Origin: an uncultured Acidobacteriota bacterium
GTDB taxonomy: Bacteria; Acidobacteriota; Blastocatellia; RBC074
Direction: 5' to 3'
Assembly: GCA_963699175.1 (NCBI GenBank)
Contig: OY969418.1
Coordinates: forward strand, 1,666,791-1,730,790
Length of the DNA: 64,000 nt
Of this stretch, positions 29,264-40,600 are shown piece by piece. The position numbers and the translations under genes were made by a program. Under the pieces are notes generated by a model, which saw nothing but the letters and a program-made list of their open reading frames with translations, ran no database searches and had not been told where the DNA came from. How positions within the stretch are numbered: position 1 is the first letter of the stretch; each line of letters begins with the position of its first letter.

Positions 29264-30580
29264 TCAAATTGAGAGCGCCTGCATTATCGCGTCGCGCTCA
29301 GCCGGGACTTTGACAAAGGCATTCGCGAAACTAGAAGCAAGTGTGTGCTGCGTACCTTGTTTATCTTTGTAACTCAGCGCGCCGCTGTGATAGCTGACCG
29401 TGTAATCTGGGTCTTTCAGCAAGTGTCCCGTTAGAATTGCAACGACATCTTCATCCGGTTTAATTGCACCAGCGGCCACCAACTTCTTGATGCCCGCCAG
29501 CGTGACTGCCGAAGCCGGTTCGCAACCAATGCCGTCGCGTCCGATCATCGCCTTGGCGTCGGCAATCTCCTGCTCGCTGACCTGCTCGACCGTCCCGCCA
29601 GTCCATTGCAAACCGCGCAACGCCTTTGGCCACGAGACGGGATTTCCGATCTTGATCGCGGAAGCAAGCGTTGTCGCCCCAATTATTGGCTCAAAGCTTG
29701 ACGATCCCTGTTGTTCGATTCGTTGCCACAGTTGATAAAGCGGATTCGCTCCTTCGGCCTGAATGATGGTGAGCTTCGGCAACGTTTCGATCACGCCGCA
29801 TTGCTGCAATTCGTGAAGGCCCTTGGCAATCGCCGATGAATTACCCAGGTTGCCGCCCGGCAAAACGATGCGGTCAGGCACGCGCCAGCCGCGCTGTTGC
29901 AGCAGTTCAAAAGCAATCGTCTTTTGGCCTTCCAGCCGGAACGGGTTGACTGAGTTGAGCAAATAGACCGGCGATTCGTTCGCCACTTCGCGCACCAAAC
30001 GCATCGCGTCGTCAAAATCGCCTTCGAGCTGCAATACCTCGGCGCCATAATCCAAGGCTTGCGACAGCTTGCCCAACGCAATCTGTCCCGAAGGAATAAA
30101 GACAAAGGCTTTCATTCCGGCGCGCGCGGCATAAGCCGCCATCGAAGCCGATGTGTTGCCCGTGCTCGCACACGCGACCGCTGTAGCGCCCATGCGTTTC
30201 GCCTGCGTGATGCCGGTCGTCATGCCCAAGTCTTTGAACGAGCCGGTCGGGTTCATACCCAAATGTTTGAAGACTAGCCGCTCCATCACAGCGTAGGCCG
30301 CCGAACGTGGCGCGTCCCACATCTGCGTGTTGCCTTCAGTTAAGGTGACAATCTCGTCTTCGTTGGCCTCGGGCAATAGTTCGCGGAAGCGCCAGACGCC
30401 GCTCTGCTCAATCGCTTTTGATGAAGCACGGCGCGCGTCCCATATACTCACCAATTCACTGCCAGGCAGTGCGCTCAAGTCATACACGACATCGAGCAGA
30501 CCGCCGCATTGCGGGCAGGTGTAGAAGCGTTCAGTCGTGGGAAATGCGGACTGGCAATTGATGCACTTGAGCGAGGTCAT
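29264..30580 (-). CDS. thrC: threonine synthase
   Basis: N-terminal zinc ribbon (CINCQS...CPQCGG), then the PLP-binding region (GMNPTGSFKDLGM). 438 aa. Confidence 0.9.
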   Translation of the reverse strand: MTSLKCINCQSAFPTTERFYTCPQCGGLLDVVYDLSALPGSELVSIWDARRASSKAIEQSGVWRFRELLPEANEDEIVTLTEGNTQMWDAPRSAAYAVMERLVFKHLGMNPTGSFKDLGMTTGITQAKRMGATAVACASTGNTSASMAAYAARAGMKAFVFIPSGQIALGKLSQALDYGAEVLQLEGDFDDAMRLVREVANESPVYLLNSVNPFRLEGQKTIAFELLQQRGWRVPDRIVLPGGNLGNSSAIAKGLHELQQCGVIETLPKLTIIQAEGANPLYQLWQRIEQQGSSSFEPIIGATTLASAIKIGNPVSWPKALRGLQWTGGTVEQVSEQEIADAKAMIGRDGIGCEPASAVTLAGIKKLVAAGAIKPDEDVVAILTGHLLKDPDYTVSYHSGALSYKDKQGTQHTLASSFANAFVKVPAERDAIMQALSI

Positions 30581-30584
30581 AATT

Positions 30585-30680
30585 GAGTAGACAGTAGACA
30601 GAAGCTAGTAGACAGAAGACAGTAGGAAGTTTCTTCACGAATGGCTTTTCTACTGTCTACTGTCTTCTACCTACTGTCTA
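30585..30680. repeat. hairpin with GTAGACA heptamer-repeat arms (lysC-thrC intercistronic)
   Basis: GAGTAGACAGTAGACAGAAGCTAGTAGACAGAAGACAGTAGG ... CTTTTCTACTGTCTACTGTCTTCTACCTACTGTCTACT. The arms pair with 4 mismatches in 33. It sits exactly between the lysC stop and the thrC start. Confidence 0.65.
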
Positions 30681-32096
30681 CTATGATGAGGGTTTCTCCA
30701 ATTCAAACGCCCGATGGATGGCGCGCACAGCTTCTGCTGCTTCATTTTCGTGAACGATGAGCGAGATGTTGCGTTCGGAGGAGCCTTGCGAGATGGCGAT
30801 GACGTTGACGCCCGCCGTGCCGAGCGCGCCGAAGACTTTGCCGGCTATACCCGGGCTGCCTTGCATGCGGTCGCCCACCACCGCGACCACCGAGATCGAA
30901 TCGTCTGCCTCGATCTCTTCGATGTGGCCTTGCAACAAATCGAACTCAAGCACAGCGCGCAATGCCTTCACCACGCGTGGGGCTTCCGTCGCGCCGACCA
31001 CAAAGCAGATATTGTTTTCCGATGAAGCTTGCGAAATCATCAAGACATTCGCCCGCTCATTGGCCACCGCCGCAAAGGTTTTCGCCACGATGCCCGGAAT
31101 GCCCTGCATCCCCTTGCCGCTGATCGAAACCAGGCTGACTTGCCGAATCGAGGTCACGGCCTTGACGCCGCGCGATGAAGGATGCCCTTGCACCGACACG
31201 CGCGTGCCGTAACTGTCGGGCTGAAAGCTGTTCAAGATCAAAACCGGGATGTTCTGTTTGAAGGCGGGCAGGATGGTTTTGTGATGCAGCACCTTCGCGC
31301 CGTAGTAAGCCAACTCTGACGCCTCGCTGTAGCTGATCTCGTGCAGCGTACGCGCTTCGGGCACTTCGTTCGGATTGGCCGTCATCACGCCGTTCACATC
31401 CGTCCAAATCCACACCTCGTCGGCGTCGAGCGCCGCGCCGATGAGCGAAGCCGTGTAATCCGAGCCACCGCGTCCGAGCGTCGTTTGTGCGCCCTCTTTC
31501 GTCGCGGCGATGAAACCGGTGATGACGGGGATTTCGCCCTGTTCGAGCAGCGGCAAGAGCTTGTCACGCGTTTGCTGGCGCGTTTCCTTCATCAGCGGCT
31601 CAGCCTGGCCGAATTGATCGTCGGTCACGATCAACTCGGTGGCTTCGATGGAATGCGAGGCGCCGCCGCGTTCAGCGATAGCGCCCGACAGGATCGGCGT
31701 ACAGAGCATCTCGCCCAGCCCGGAGATGGCGTCGAGTGTGCGCGGCGTCAGTTCGCGCACCATCGTCAACCCTTTGCACAAGGTCTCGAAGCGTTCGACG
31801 CGTTGACGCAGGATTTCGAGCGCCTCACGCCGCCGCGTCGCATCGTGCGACACCAACAGATGCAGCGCCTGACGGTGTGGCTCGTAGAGTTCATCGCTGA
31901 CTGTCTTGTGCCAATAGCCATCATTGACGGCATTTTGCGCCGCCGCGATCAGCTTGTTGGTCACGCCGCTCATGGCCGACGTGACGACGACAACCTTGTG
32001 GCCTTCTTTCGCACTCTTAACGGCGAGGTCAGCCGCTTGGGCAATGCGTTCGGCGTTGCCGACGGAAGTGCCGCCGAATTTCATGACTATCAACAT
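30681..32096 (-). CDS. lysC: aspartate kinase
   Basis: MLIVMKFGGTSVGNAERI matches the aspartokinase N-terminus. C-terminal ACT-domain region. 471 aa. Confidence 0.9.
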   Translation of the reverse strand: MLIVMKFGGTSVGNAERIAQAADLAVKSAKEGHKVVVVTSAMSGVTNKLIAAAQNAVNDGYWHKTVSDELYEPHRQALHLLVSHDATRRREALEILRQRVERFETLCKGLTMVRELTPRTLDAISGLGEMLCTPILSGAIAERGGASHSIEATELIVTDDQFGQAEPLMKETRQQTRDKLLPLLEQGEIPVITGFIAATKEGAQTTLGRGGSDYTASLIGAALDADEVWIWTDVNGVMTANPNEVPEARTLHEISYSEASELAYYGAKVLHHKTILPAFKQNIPVLILNSFQPDSYGTRVSVQGHPSSRGVKAVTSIRQVSLVSISGKGMQGIPGIVAKTFAAVANERANVLMISQASSENNICFVVGATEAPRVVKALRAVLEFDLLQGHIEEIEADDSISVVAVVGDRMQGSPGIAGKVFGALGTAGVNVIAISQGSSERNISLIVHENEAAEAVRAIHRAFELEKPSS

Positions 32097-32124
32097 ACGC
32101 GAAAAGTCTAAAGCCCCCGACTGA

Positions 32125-32604
32125 TCAGTTTTGAATCTCCACCGTTGCTTCGCAGACTACAGGAGGTGGCAACCGCATCCATTGATGACGGCCAATCGCG
32201 GTGGCCCGCAGCATTGCTGGGCCCGCTTGAAAACGAGCCAGCATTCCTGGCGTAATCACGATTGTCTGGGTAGCCTGTCGCCACCTTGGGTCAAGCGCCG
32301 CAAAATAGTTACTCGACACAAATTGCACGGCTAACGTCTCGGAAGCTTGCCCCTGGATTAACTCGACTTTTACGTCAACGGGCGTACGCCCGTAACTGAC
32401 GACCTTAGTTTCGACGCTGCTTCCGGCGCGCAACATTTGATCGGTGGAGCGAATATCCAAGCTGTGCACTTGGTAATAAGCTCGATAGCTCGATTCCAGG
32501 CCAGACACCAGGTAAAGCGCGAGCAGTATCTGAACGCCCCTTTTCAGAAATACCAACGGCCTCGCCTCGCGCCGCAATGGGTTTTCGAACAATCCGCTTG
32601 TCAT
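32125..32604 (-). CDS. hypothetical membrane-anchored protein (159 aa) embedded in the asd-lysC cluster
   Basis: One N-terminal TM (VQILLALYLVSGL). No recognisable domain. Tightly packed between asd (30-nt gap) and lysC (28-nt gap). Confidence 0.4.
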   Translation of the reverse strand: MTSGLFENPLRREARPLVFLKRGVQILLALYLVSGLESSYRAYYQVHSLDIRSTDQMLRAGSSVETKVVSYGRTPVDVKVELIQGQASETLAVQFVSSNYFAALDPRWRQATQTIVITPGMLARFQAGPAMLRATAIGRHQWMRLPPPVVCEATVEIQN

Positions 32605-32633
32605 AAACCGACTCTATAGGCCGCGCTGGACAA

Positions 32634-33692
32634 CTACAGCAGATTTTTTGAGACAAGCAGTTCGGCATTCAACAGCGCCGCGCCCGCCGCTCCGCGAATC
32701 GTGTTGTGACTAATCAACGTCAGCTTGAAATCGAAGATCGTATCCTTGCTGATGCGCCCGACGACCGTTGCCATCCCGCCTTCGGCATCACGATCCAGGC
32801 GCGGTTGCGGGCGGTCTTTCTCACTACGCACGATGATGGGACGCGCCGGAGCGGTCGGCAGCTTCAACTCTTGCGGCAAGCCGGTGAATGAAGCCAACGC
32901 TTCGGCCACGGCTTCGACCGTCGTTTTCTTTTGCAGCTTCACGCGCACGGATTCAAGGTGGCCGTCCTGCACGGCCACGCGGTTGCATTGCGCGCTCACC
33001 AAGAAGGGCGCGGAGACAATCTTGGTGTCGGTGAGCTTGCCCAGTATCTTTTGCGGCTCCATTTCCACCTTCTCTTCTTCGCCACCGATGTGAGGCACGA
33101 CGTTGTCAATGATGTCCATCGAAGCCTCGCCCGGATAGCCCGCGCCAGAAATCGCCTGCATCGAGGTCATCATCACAGCTTCCAAACCGAAGGCGCGCTC
33201 CAACGGCGCAAGCACCATCACCAAACCGATGGTCGTGCAGTTGGGGTTGGTCACCAAGTAGCCTTTGTCGTAGCCACGCTTCTTCCGTTGATAGGGAATG
33301 ATGTCCAGATGATCGGGGTTGATCTCCGGCACGACGAGCGGCACGTCATCGGGCATTCTGTAAGTAGACGAATTGCTGATGACCGGATAGCCAGCAGCGG
33401 CAAAGGCGGCTTCGGCTTCGACTGCGATGCTTGAAGGCAAACTCGAAATCACCACGTCGCAATCGAGTGGCGGTTTGCAAGCGAAGACCTTCATCTCCTT
33501 GACGGCTTCAGGCATTTCAAAGGGCAGCTTCCAACTGCATACGTCCACGAAGCGCTTGCCTTCGGAGCGGTCGGAGGCGGCCAGCGCAGTCACTTCGAAA
33601 TAAGGATGATTGCGCAGCATGTGAATCAAACGTTGCCCGACGGTGCCCGTCGCGCCGAGTATGCCTACACGTCTCTTGGCTTGCATAGTCAT
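32634..33692 (-). CDS. asd: aspartate-semialdehyde dehydrogenase
   Basis: MTMQAKRRVGILGATGTVGQRLIHML is the NAD(P)-binding N-terminus. The active-site region is SAQCNRV. 352 aa. Confidence 0.9.
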   Translation of the reverse strand: MTMQAKRRVGILGATGTVGQRLIHMLRNHPYFEVTALAASDRSEGKRFVDVCSWKLPFEMPEAVKEMKVFACKPPLDCDVVISSLPSSIAVEAEAAFAAAGYPVISNSSTYRMPDDVPLVVPEINPDHLDIIPYQRKKRGYDKGYLVTNPNCTTIGLVMVLAPLERAFGLEAVMMTSMQAISGAGYPGEASMDIIDNVVPHIGGEEEKVEMEPQKILGKLTDTKIVSAPFLVSAQCNRVAVQDGHLESVRVKLQKKTTVEAVAEALASFTGLPQELKLPTAPARPIIVRSEKDRPQPRLDRDAEGGMATVVGRISKDTIFDFKLTLISHNTIRGAAGAALLNAELLVSKNLL

Positions 33693-33737
33693 TGCTTCCT
33701 ATCAATCTGAATTGAGTGCCCGGAATGGCGTGCGGTG

Positions 33738-33820
33738 CGGTACAGGGAGCGGTAGCGGCTTGGGGACGTTAGGTACGCAGAATTTTGCAGTTACCAGGTC
33801 GCTACCGCTCCCTGTACCGC
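33738..33820. repeat. palindromic intergenic element, family D copy 2
   Basis: GCGGTACAGGGAGCGGTAGCG ... ACCAGGTCGCTACCGCTCCCTGTACCGC. Nearly the same arm sequence as 3275-3360. Confidence 0.7.
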
Positions 33821-33933
33821 AACAAAGTCACCAAGTCGCTACCACTCGCGTGTACCGCACAAATTAACAAAGCCGTGATGGTATGAGGTGCAATGAGTGA
33901 TGTCAACCACAGGTTGCGAGCAACCAGAAGCGT

Positions 33934-36861
33934 TCAACAATGAGATTGCTCTGCGGTAGATTGCTTGTGTAGTGGACGAACAAATCTTCTCCGTAAGACA
34001 ATTCCCGCAAGTATTAATAACGTAACCACCGAAACGATACCCCCCTTTGCTGCCGCTGGGGCGGTGTAACGCATTTCTATGTAGTGCGATCCAGCAGGCA
34101 ACGCAACACCCTGAAGAAAATAATCTGTCGTGTAGATTTTTGCAGGCACACCATTAATCCTGGCTATCCAACCCGGATAGCTCATTTCGCTAACAACCAA
34201 GAGTGTAGGAGTAGGAGCAAATGTCCTGATTGCCAATCCGTTTGGCTGATAAGTCAGGCTCTGCACTGCAGCTTCCGGTGGTAAATTCCCGCCAGGCAGC
34301 GCAGGCAATCTTTCCCCTGGCGGTATTTCAAGCAAAGCGGTCTGCCGGGGATCAAATGGCTGATCGGTCTCGCCACGGATTTTGTGCAGAGCCTCTTCTT
34401 CGCTCACCGCTTCGGCTTGTGTCACTAACCAAGCACGCGGTAGCGCCGTCAAGTTGCGGAGGATCAATGCGCCTTGTTGATCGTAAACGGGCTGCCAGCG
34501 TTTTTCGTTTTGCCAGGCCGGCTGGGCAAGCCCCGTAATAAAGGGGAGTGGAGTTGAACGTTGTGTTGAAGAATCAAATAACGTGGCTTTCCAGACTGTG
34601 AGCTCCGCAAGTTTGATCACTTCGACCTTCTTCAGCGGAAGTGTTTGTCCTAATGAGATGCGCGACCAATAACGGCAGGCTGGAAAGCTATTTCGGGCGT
34701 CCCCGGGGCGACAATCGAAGGTCGGAGCCAGCGCGTGTTTGATGACCGGGCGTACATCTACTCGCGCGTGTGCCCACTCGGCTGAATCAATTCCAGCCCG
34801 CAGTTCATATTCAGTAAGACGATCATCGGCGGTGTGGACACGTACTTTTGCGACTGGAGTTCCTTGCTCAATTCCAGCAGCATTCGCCAGAGTCGTGACG
34901 ATGATCAATGTATCACCTTCGCCCTTGCGGATATTGAGCGTAAAACTAGCGCCAGCTTGCGCAGGAAAGTCTCGTCCACTGAACTGCACATTCTCCTTTT
35001 CAATCAGCGTATCGGGCAAATCATTGAGATCAGTAAAAGCAGCGACAAACGTGGTATTCAAGATGTTCAATACCTGCGAGCGCGGCTCAAACAATGTCTC
35101 ATCTGGTGCGCCAGCATAGCCGGGATGCACGGCATCCCGTCCGGCATTGCCCAAAGCGCGGCTGTAACGTCTCAGCATCAGCGGCTCATAACCAGCGACA
35201 TTGTGCAGCCCGTGGAGTGTTGTCAAATTCGGTGGGTCGAGCCGTGGTGTGGCTGTAAACTGTTCGATGCCTCCATGTACACGTGTGTAGATGCGATTCT
35301 GTTCGGGAGGGTAATTGCGCAGGAACTGAGTCACCGGTGAGACTGCACTCGGCCGGCTCGCCGGGACAGAAAGCTTGCCCCACCAGCGTGACATCAAGAT
35401 ATAAGGTTCAACCAAACACAGCAGGGGCAGCGCGATTAACAACAAGCCCGCCTGCCATTTTGCTGAATGAACTTTCAGTGTTAGCCAGCTTCCGACAATC
35501 AGCAAAAGCGCGAAGCTCACTTTCCAAATAATGTAAGCAGCCTCCGCAGTGGTATGCAGCAACAATGCTTGCGCGGGATTGTCCGCCATCGCCAACCACC
35601 AAGCTATGCCAATCAGACTGGCGCAGATCAACAGCATCAAACTGGCAAATGAGTGGCGGCGAGCACGGCTCAGTTGCCAGGATTGCCCTATTTCTTGTCG
35701 AGTCTGCCAAGCGGTCCTCAGGGAGTCCCATCCATACGCCGCGAGTATGCTAAGCGCAAGTGACCATTCATAAGCGTGGCGCGAAGGCGCCCGAAACTGA
35801 TTAATGAGCGGAATATGGTAAAGCAGCCTGTACAGCGGTGTATTGCCGCCTAGCATCAAGATGAACGCTGCTCCCGCAGTGATTACCCAAAACAATACCT
35901 CTGCTTTGTGCTCTGCTTTTATACGCCCACGTATGGCCTTAACGACCGCGAGTAAAGAGAACAGCGCAATGGGCAAAGGAACAAAGGTGGTGACTTCAAT
36001 CCAATCCTCGTGATGAAAAAGTGGCGCAATAAAGGATTTCCAAATTAGTAATGGCGTAAAGGACATCTCTGTGAAGGTTTCGTAACTGAGGCGGGCGCGA
36101 ATGCTCTGACGTACTACCTGCGTCGTTTCCAATAACTGGAAAGCGCCGATCCCAGAACTAGCCACCACCGCGCCAATTAGCGTTGCCAGCGGGGCCAATC
36201 GCTGACTCCACCCACGCTGTGCATTATTGCCAATCGGCAGCACTTGAAAAAAAGCCCAGGCGAAGCCCAGCAAAATAACTAATAGAAACGCTTGCCCAAC
36301 TCCGGTGAATAGTGACATCAAAGAGATTGCGGTAGCACTCAACAGACAGGCTAAGAAGTTTTCTCGCCGCACGCGTTTGAGTGGGATGAGCAGCAGAGGC
36401 AGCCACATCATGGCATTAGTCAGCATGCCAGTGCTAAGCAAGCTTGCCATCATTCCACCGTAACCAAAGCTCAGCCCGGCCAACAAGGCGGCACTCCTGC
36501 TAAGCCCTGACTCGCGTAGCCAGGCATACGTAAAAAGCGGAGCGAGTAAGAATGGGGCAAGCACATAAATTTGCTCTGCAATATGATTCGGGAGGAATAG
36601 ATACCCCCAGGTCAATGGATAGGTCAGTCCAATTAGGGACATTGATAACAACGGGTAGCCAGATAGGATGAGTGGTGTCCACAGTGGTAAGGAGCCTTGT
36701 TGAAGCATATTCCAGGCGACAGTGCGCAATGGCAAGGAATACATCAGCGGATCTGCTGCCAGTAACAATTCTCCACCCCATACACGATGGAAAAACAGAC
36801 AGAAGCAAATAGAAACAAAAAGAATGACACCTACCGCGTTTCTCAATTTAGTGTTCAACAT
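33934..36861 (-). CDS. YfhO-family polytopic membrane protein (glycosyltransferase-like)
   Basis: 975 aa. About 14 N-terminal TM helices in a YfhO-like arrangement, then a large C-terminal extracytoplasmic domain and a final TM. Confidence 0.5.
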   Translation of the reverse strand: MLNTKLRNAVGVILFVSICFCLFFHRVWGGELLLAADPLMYSLPLRTVAWNMLQQGSLPLWTPLILSGYPLLSMSLIGLTYPLTWGYLFLPNHIAEQIYVLAPFLLAPLFTYAWLRESGLSRSAALLAGLSFGYGGMMASLLSTGMLTNAMMWLPLLLIPLKRVRRENFLACLLSATAISLMSLFTGVGQAFLLVILLGFAWAFFQVLPIGNNAQRGWSQRLAPLATLIGAVVASSGIGAFQLLETTQVVRQSIRARLSYETFTEMSFTPLLIWKSFIAPLFHHEDWIEVTTFVPLPIALFSLLAVVKAIRGRIKAEHKAEVLFWVITAGAAFILMLGGNTPLYRLLYHIPLINQFRAPSRHAYEWSLALSILAAYGWDSLRTAWQTRQEIGQSWQLSRARRHSFASLMLLICASLIGIAWWLAMADNPAQALLLHTTAEAAYIIWKVSFALLLIVGSWLTLKVHSAKWQAGLLLIALPLLCLVEPYILMSRWWGKLSVPASRPSAVSPVTQFLRNYPPEQNRIYTRVHGGIEQFTATPRLDPPNLTTLHGLHNVAGYEPLMLRRYSRALGNAGRDAVHPGYAGAPDETLFEPRSQVLNILNTTFVAAFTDLNDLPDTLIEKENVQFSGRDFPAQAGASFTLNIRKGEGDTLIIVTTLANAAGIEQGTPVAKVRVHTADDRLTEYELRAGIDSAEWAHARVDVRPVIKHALAPTFDCRPGDARNSFPACRYWSRISLGQTLPLKKVEVIKLAELTVWKATLFDSSTQRSTPLPFITGLAQPAWQNEKRWQPVYDQQGALILRNLTALPRAWLVTQAEAVSEEEALHKIRGETDQPFDPRQTALLEIPPGERLPALPGGNLPPEAAVQSLTYQPNGLAIRTFAPTPTLLVVSEMSYPGWIARINGVPAKIYTTDYFLQGVALPAGSHYIEMRYTAPAAAKGGIVSVVTLLILAGIVLRRRFVRPLHKQSTAEQSHC

Positions 36862-37612
36862 AAGGCAGATTGATGTTGTCCTAAACTTTAGTTCGGAGTG
36901 CGTGCGCGATGCTCAATCAGGGCGGCTGCCCGGCCTGTTCCCAGCCAAGTTGAAAGACAATACCCCTGTGAACGAGGCCGTGATGGTAGGGGCTGCGCTG
37001 AATGATGTCAACCAGAGGCGGCGAGCAACCCAAATCATTACCGCAGCAATCAAAGGCGCGGCAATTCGTCGGTCATAAACACAAAATCAGTTGCCCCACA
37101 CCCCGATAAGTCCTTGCAGGAAAAAGCCTGCCGTGAATTTTATAGTTGACGGCTATGCGGGCGGAGCGTTAGATTACGCCTGCCTTCACCCCGTAAAGTT
37201 TTCATCATTCCCAGAGACAGTAGGACTAAAGGTGATTCCTGAACTGCCCTGGCAATAATGCATAAGAACATTCCGTTTATCGCCACATTGAAATCATTCT
37301 CGTTTTACCCCGGTCAATATGGTGCTGGTGTTAGCGAAAGGCGTGCTGATTCCGCGCAATGTGCAACTGCAGTGAGTCCCCACTTCTACTCTATCGTGTG
37401 TTTCCGTTGGGCGAATCTGCTCTAAAGCAGCAGCCCGTAGCGGCGCAACACTCGACGAGCTTGGCCGTGCGGCCAAGCCAGGGGACGTACAGTTTGCGCT
37501 CGGCACGCAGGTGCGACCGGACAAAATCTAGTAACTATACCCACGTGGAAGACTGCCCGCCCAGTCTCTCCCCCAACGACGCAAGTCTGCGCAGGACTTT
37601 TTGGAGGTGCCT

Positions 37613-40600
37613 ATGTCGTTGCCGAGCGGCAAGTCTTTGGTAGCATTCTTTAGCAATCTCGTTCGCAATTACCGTCTACAAGTTTTCATTCTCTTCATCG
37701 CTGCAACGTTACTCAGCGTCCAGCCTATGCATGCGTCTTTGAATCAAGCGGGCAACCCGCCCGCCAAAGCGCAGCATGAGATCAACGCGAGCCAACCAAG
37801 TGCACGCGGCCTTTGGCAAACGCTCAAAGGCCACTTCAACTCGAGCAGGCCCGTGCCGATCAGCGCAGCGCCTGTGTTGCAGGGCTTGCCGGTCACAGTA
37901 GTCTCAGCGGCTACCTTCGAGATAGCGCCGGTTGCGCCGGATTCCATCGTAGCTGCCTTTGGCGCCAACCTAGCAACGCGTGTTGAGGTGGCGACCTCGA
38001 CACCGCTGCCGACTTCGCTCGCCGGGACAACGGTGCGCGTGCGGGATAGTCAGGGCGCAGAGCGCTTCGCACAGCTCTTCTTCGTCGCGCCAACGCAGGT
38101 CAACTTCCTGGTGCCGGCGGACACAGCCACCGGTAATGCGACCGTCACAATCACTACCAGCGAGGGCCTGGTTTCGACTGGGCAGGTGCAGATCGCACGC
38201 GTTGCGCCGGCACTTTTTACAGTAAATGCTTCAGGCAAAGGCTTGCCTACTGGCTTCGCGTTACGCGTAGCGCCCAACGGCACGCAGTCGCAGCAAGTGT
38301 TCTCGCGCTTCGATGCGGCGCAGAACCGGTTTTTGCCGGTGCCGGTTGATCTACTTACCGAAAACGATCAGGTCTTTCTGGTGCTCTTCGGCACGGGCTT
38401 TCGCGGGCGCAACAGCTTGAATGATGTGACGGTGCGTTTGGGCGGCTTGGAAGGCGCTGCCGTGCCGGTTCAATTTGCGGGGCGGCAAGGCGGCTCACCC
38501 GGCCTCGATCAGCTCAACGTCGGCCCGATCAATCGCGGCGAAGTGCGCACGCGGCTGGCCGGGCGTGGACTCATCAACCTGACACTGAGCGTGGTTGATC
38601 CGAGCAATGGTACGCAGAAACTTTCCAACCCAACAGAGCTTGAACTGGCCGGAGTGAGCCAGGGAGCGCCGCCGACCGTGGGCGAGCCTTCCCAACAAAA
38701 TTTCACCACCGGGCAAACGGTCACCATCACTGGCGGATCATTTGTCGCGGGCAGCACGACAGCCAATCGCGTGCGCATCGGCAGCCAGCTGGCGCAGATC
38801 ATCTCGGCGACCAGCAACCAGTTGACGATTCAGCTTCCTTACGGCGTAGGGACTGGCAGAATCACCGTCACCACACCGACGGGCGAGGCTTCGACAAACA
38901 ACTCTTTGCAAATTACCACCTCGGTCAGCGGCATCGTCGAAACCAGCGACCGCCTGCCACTCAGTGGCGTGGTCGTGCGCGCGCTCATCACTGGCGAGCA
39001 AACGACGACGCGGCCTGACGGTTCATTCATTCTGCCGATCAACATCAACCCGCCACCCAACACCTTCTTCACCACGCTGCAAATTTCGCCGCAAGGCGTG
39101 CAGGGCTTCCAGAACTACGGCACGCTCTCCATCCGCGTAGAGGTCGCTACACGGCGCGACAATCGTTTGTCCGCGCCGATCTCGTTGAATCCGCCGAACG
39201 GGCGCAGTACTGGCGCTGGCGGCGAAATCAATCTGAGCATACCAACCTTCGCCTGCGGCGCGAGCGACACTGCCACGCCGAGCAATGTGACGTTCCACCT
39301 AGATGCGGGCGCGATCATGCAATTCCCTGCCGATGCGCCCGTCAGTCAACTAACGCTTTCACAAGTGCTGAATTGCCGCACGCCCAAGCCGCTGCCACCG
39401 AGCGTCTACAGTTCACGCATCGTGCAACTCACGCCGCTGGGCACGCGGTTCATTCCGGGCGGGCAGTTGATCTTCCCGAACCCTGAGAATTTTGCGGCGG
39501 GCACGCAGTTGCGGCTCTTCCGCCTGGATCAGCGCAGCGACAGCCCGACGCTGGGCAGTTTTATTGACATCGGCGCGGCCACCGTCTCCTCCGACCGGCA
39601 GCGCATCGAGAGTGGAGCGCAGGCCATCACTGAAGGCGGCATCTACTTAGTCGCCTTGCAGCCCGTCAGCGTGACCAGCGTGACTGGCCGCGTAGTCGAG
39701 CGCATCAGCGACACGTTGAGCGTTCCCGTGCCCGGCGCGCTGGTGCAAGTGCGCGGGCAAGCGACCTTCACTGACGGCGATGGCGCTTTCGTACTGCGCA
39801 ACGTCCCGCTCAACAGCGAGCCAGTCACGGTCGAGGCCAGTTTGCTGCGTCCGGACGGGCGCGCGGATGCGGTCTTGCGTGTGCTGAGCAGTGGCGTCAT
39901 CAGGCCGGGCGGGGTAACAATGGTTACGCCTGACCTCTTCTTCGCTTCGCTCAGTTCACCTACGAACCGCGCGCCAATCGCCACTTCGCAGACGGTTACG
40001 CTCGACGAGAACACCTCGAAGACGATCTTCCTGAGTGCGGGTGATCCCGATGGCAATCCGCTTCGCTACATCATCACGCCGCCTCAGCGCGGCACGTTGA
40101 CCGGCGCGCCGCCGAATGTCATCTACACGCCGAATCAGTTTTACAGTGGGTCGGACAATTTCACCTTCAGAGTCAATGACGGCAAGGCGGACAGCAACAC
40201 CGCCGTAGTCGCAATCACCATCAATCACATCAACCACGCGCCTGTCTTGACTGTCCCCGGGCCACAGACGGTCAAGAAGAATCAAAACATCACGTTTGAA
40301 GTTTCGGCTACTGATGTGGATTTGGGCGACACCATCTCGATCACCGCGCCGAACCGTCCGCCCGGTTCGAGCTTCATTGAATCCACCCGCCGCTTCACCT
40401 GGACGCCGAGTTGTACACAGGTGGGCACGTTCACTGCCACCTTTGCGGCGGTGGATAGTGGCAGACCGGCGCTGAGTGATGTCAAATCGGTGCAGATCAC
40501 GGTGCTCGACGACAATTGTTCGCCCACGCTGATCCTGCCTGGGCCGCAGACTGTCAACCAAGGACAACTGCTCGCCTTCACTGTTGGAGCTAACGACCCC

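Noticed and set aside
31341-32111. 256-aa plus-strand ORF over lysC, and 51557..52633 / 53291..53929 plus-strand ORFs over the M14 peptidase gene
   Set aside because: Antisense to confidently identified genes. Arg/His-rich composition typical of high-GC antisense frames.
32097-32124. Expected lysine riboswitch upstream of lysC
   Set aside because: Only 28 nt separate lysC from the upstream gene, so there is no room for the ~180-nt aptamer. Regulation, if any, must be elsewhere.
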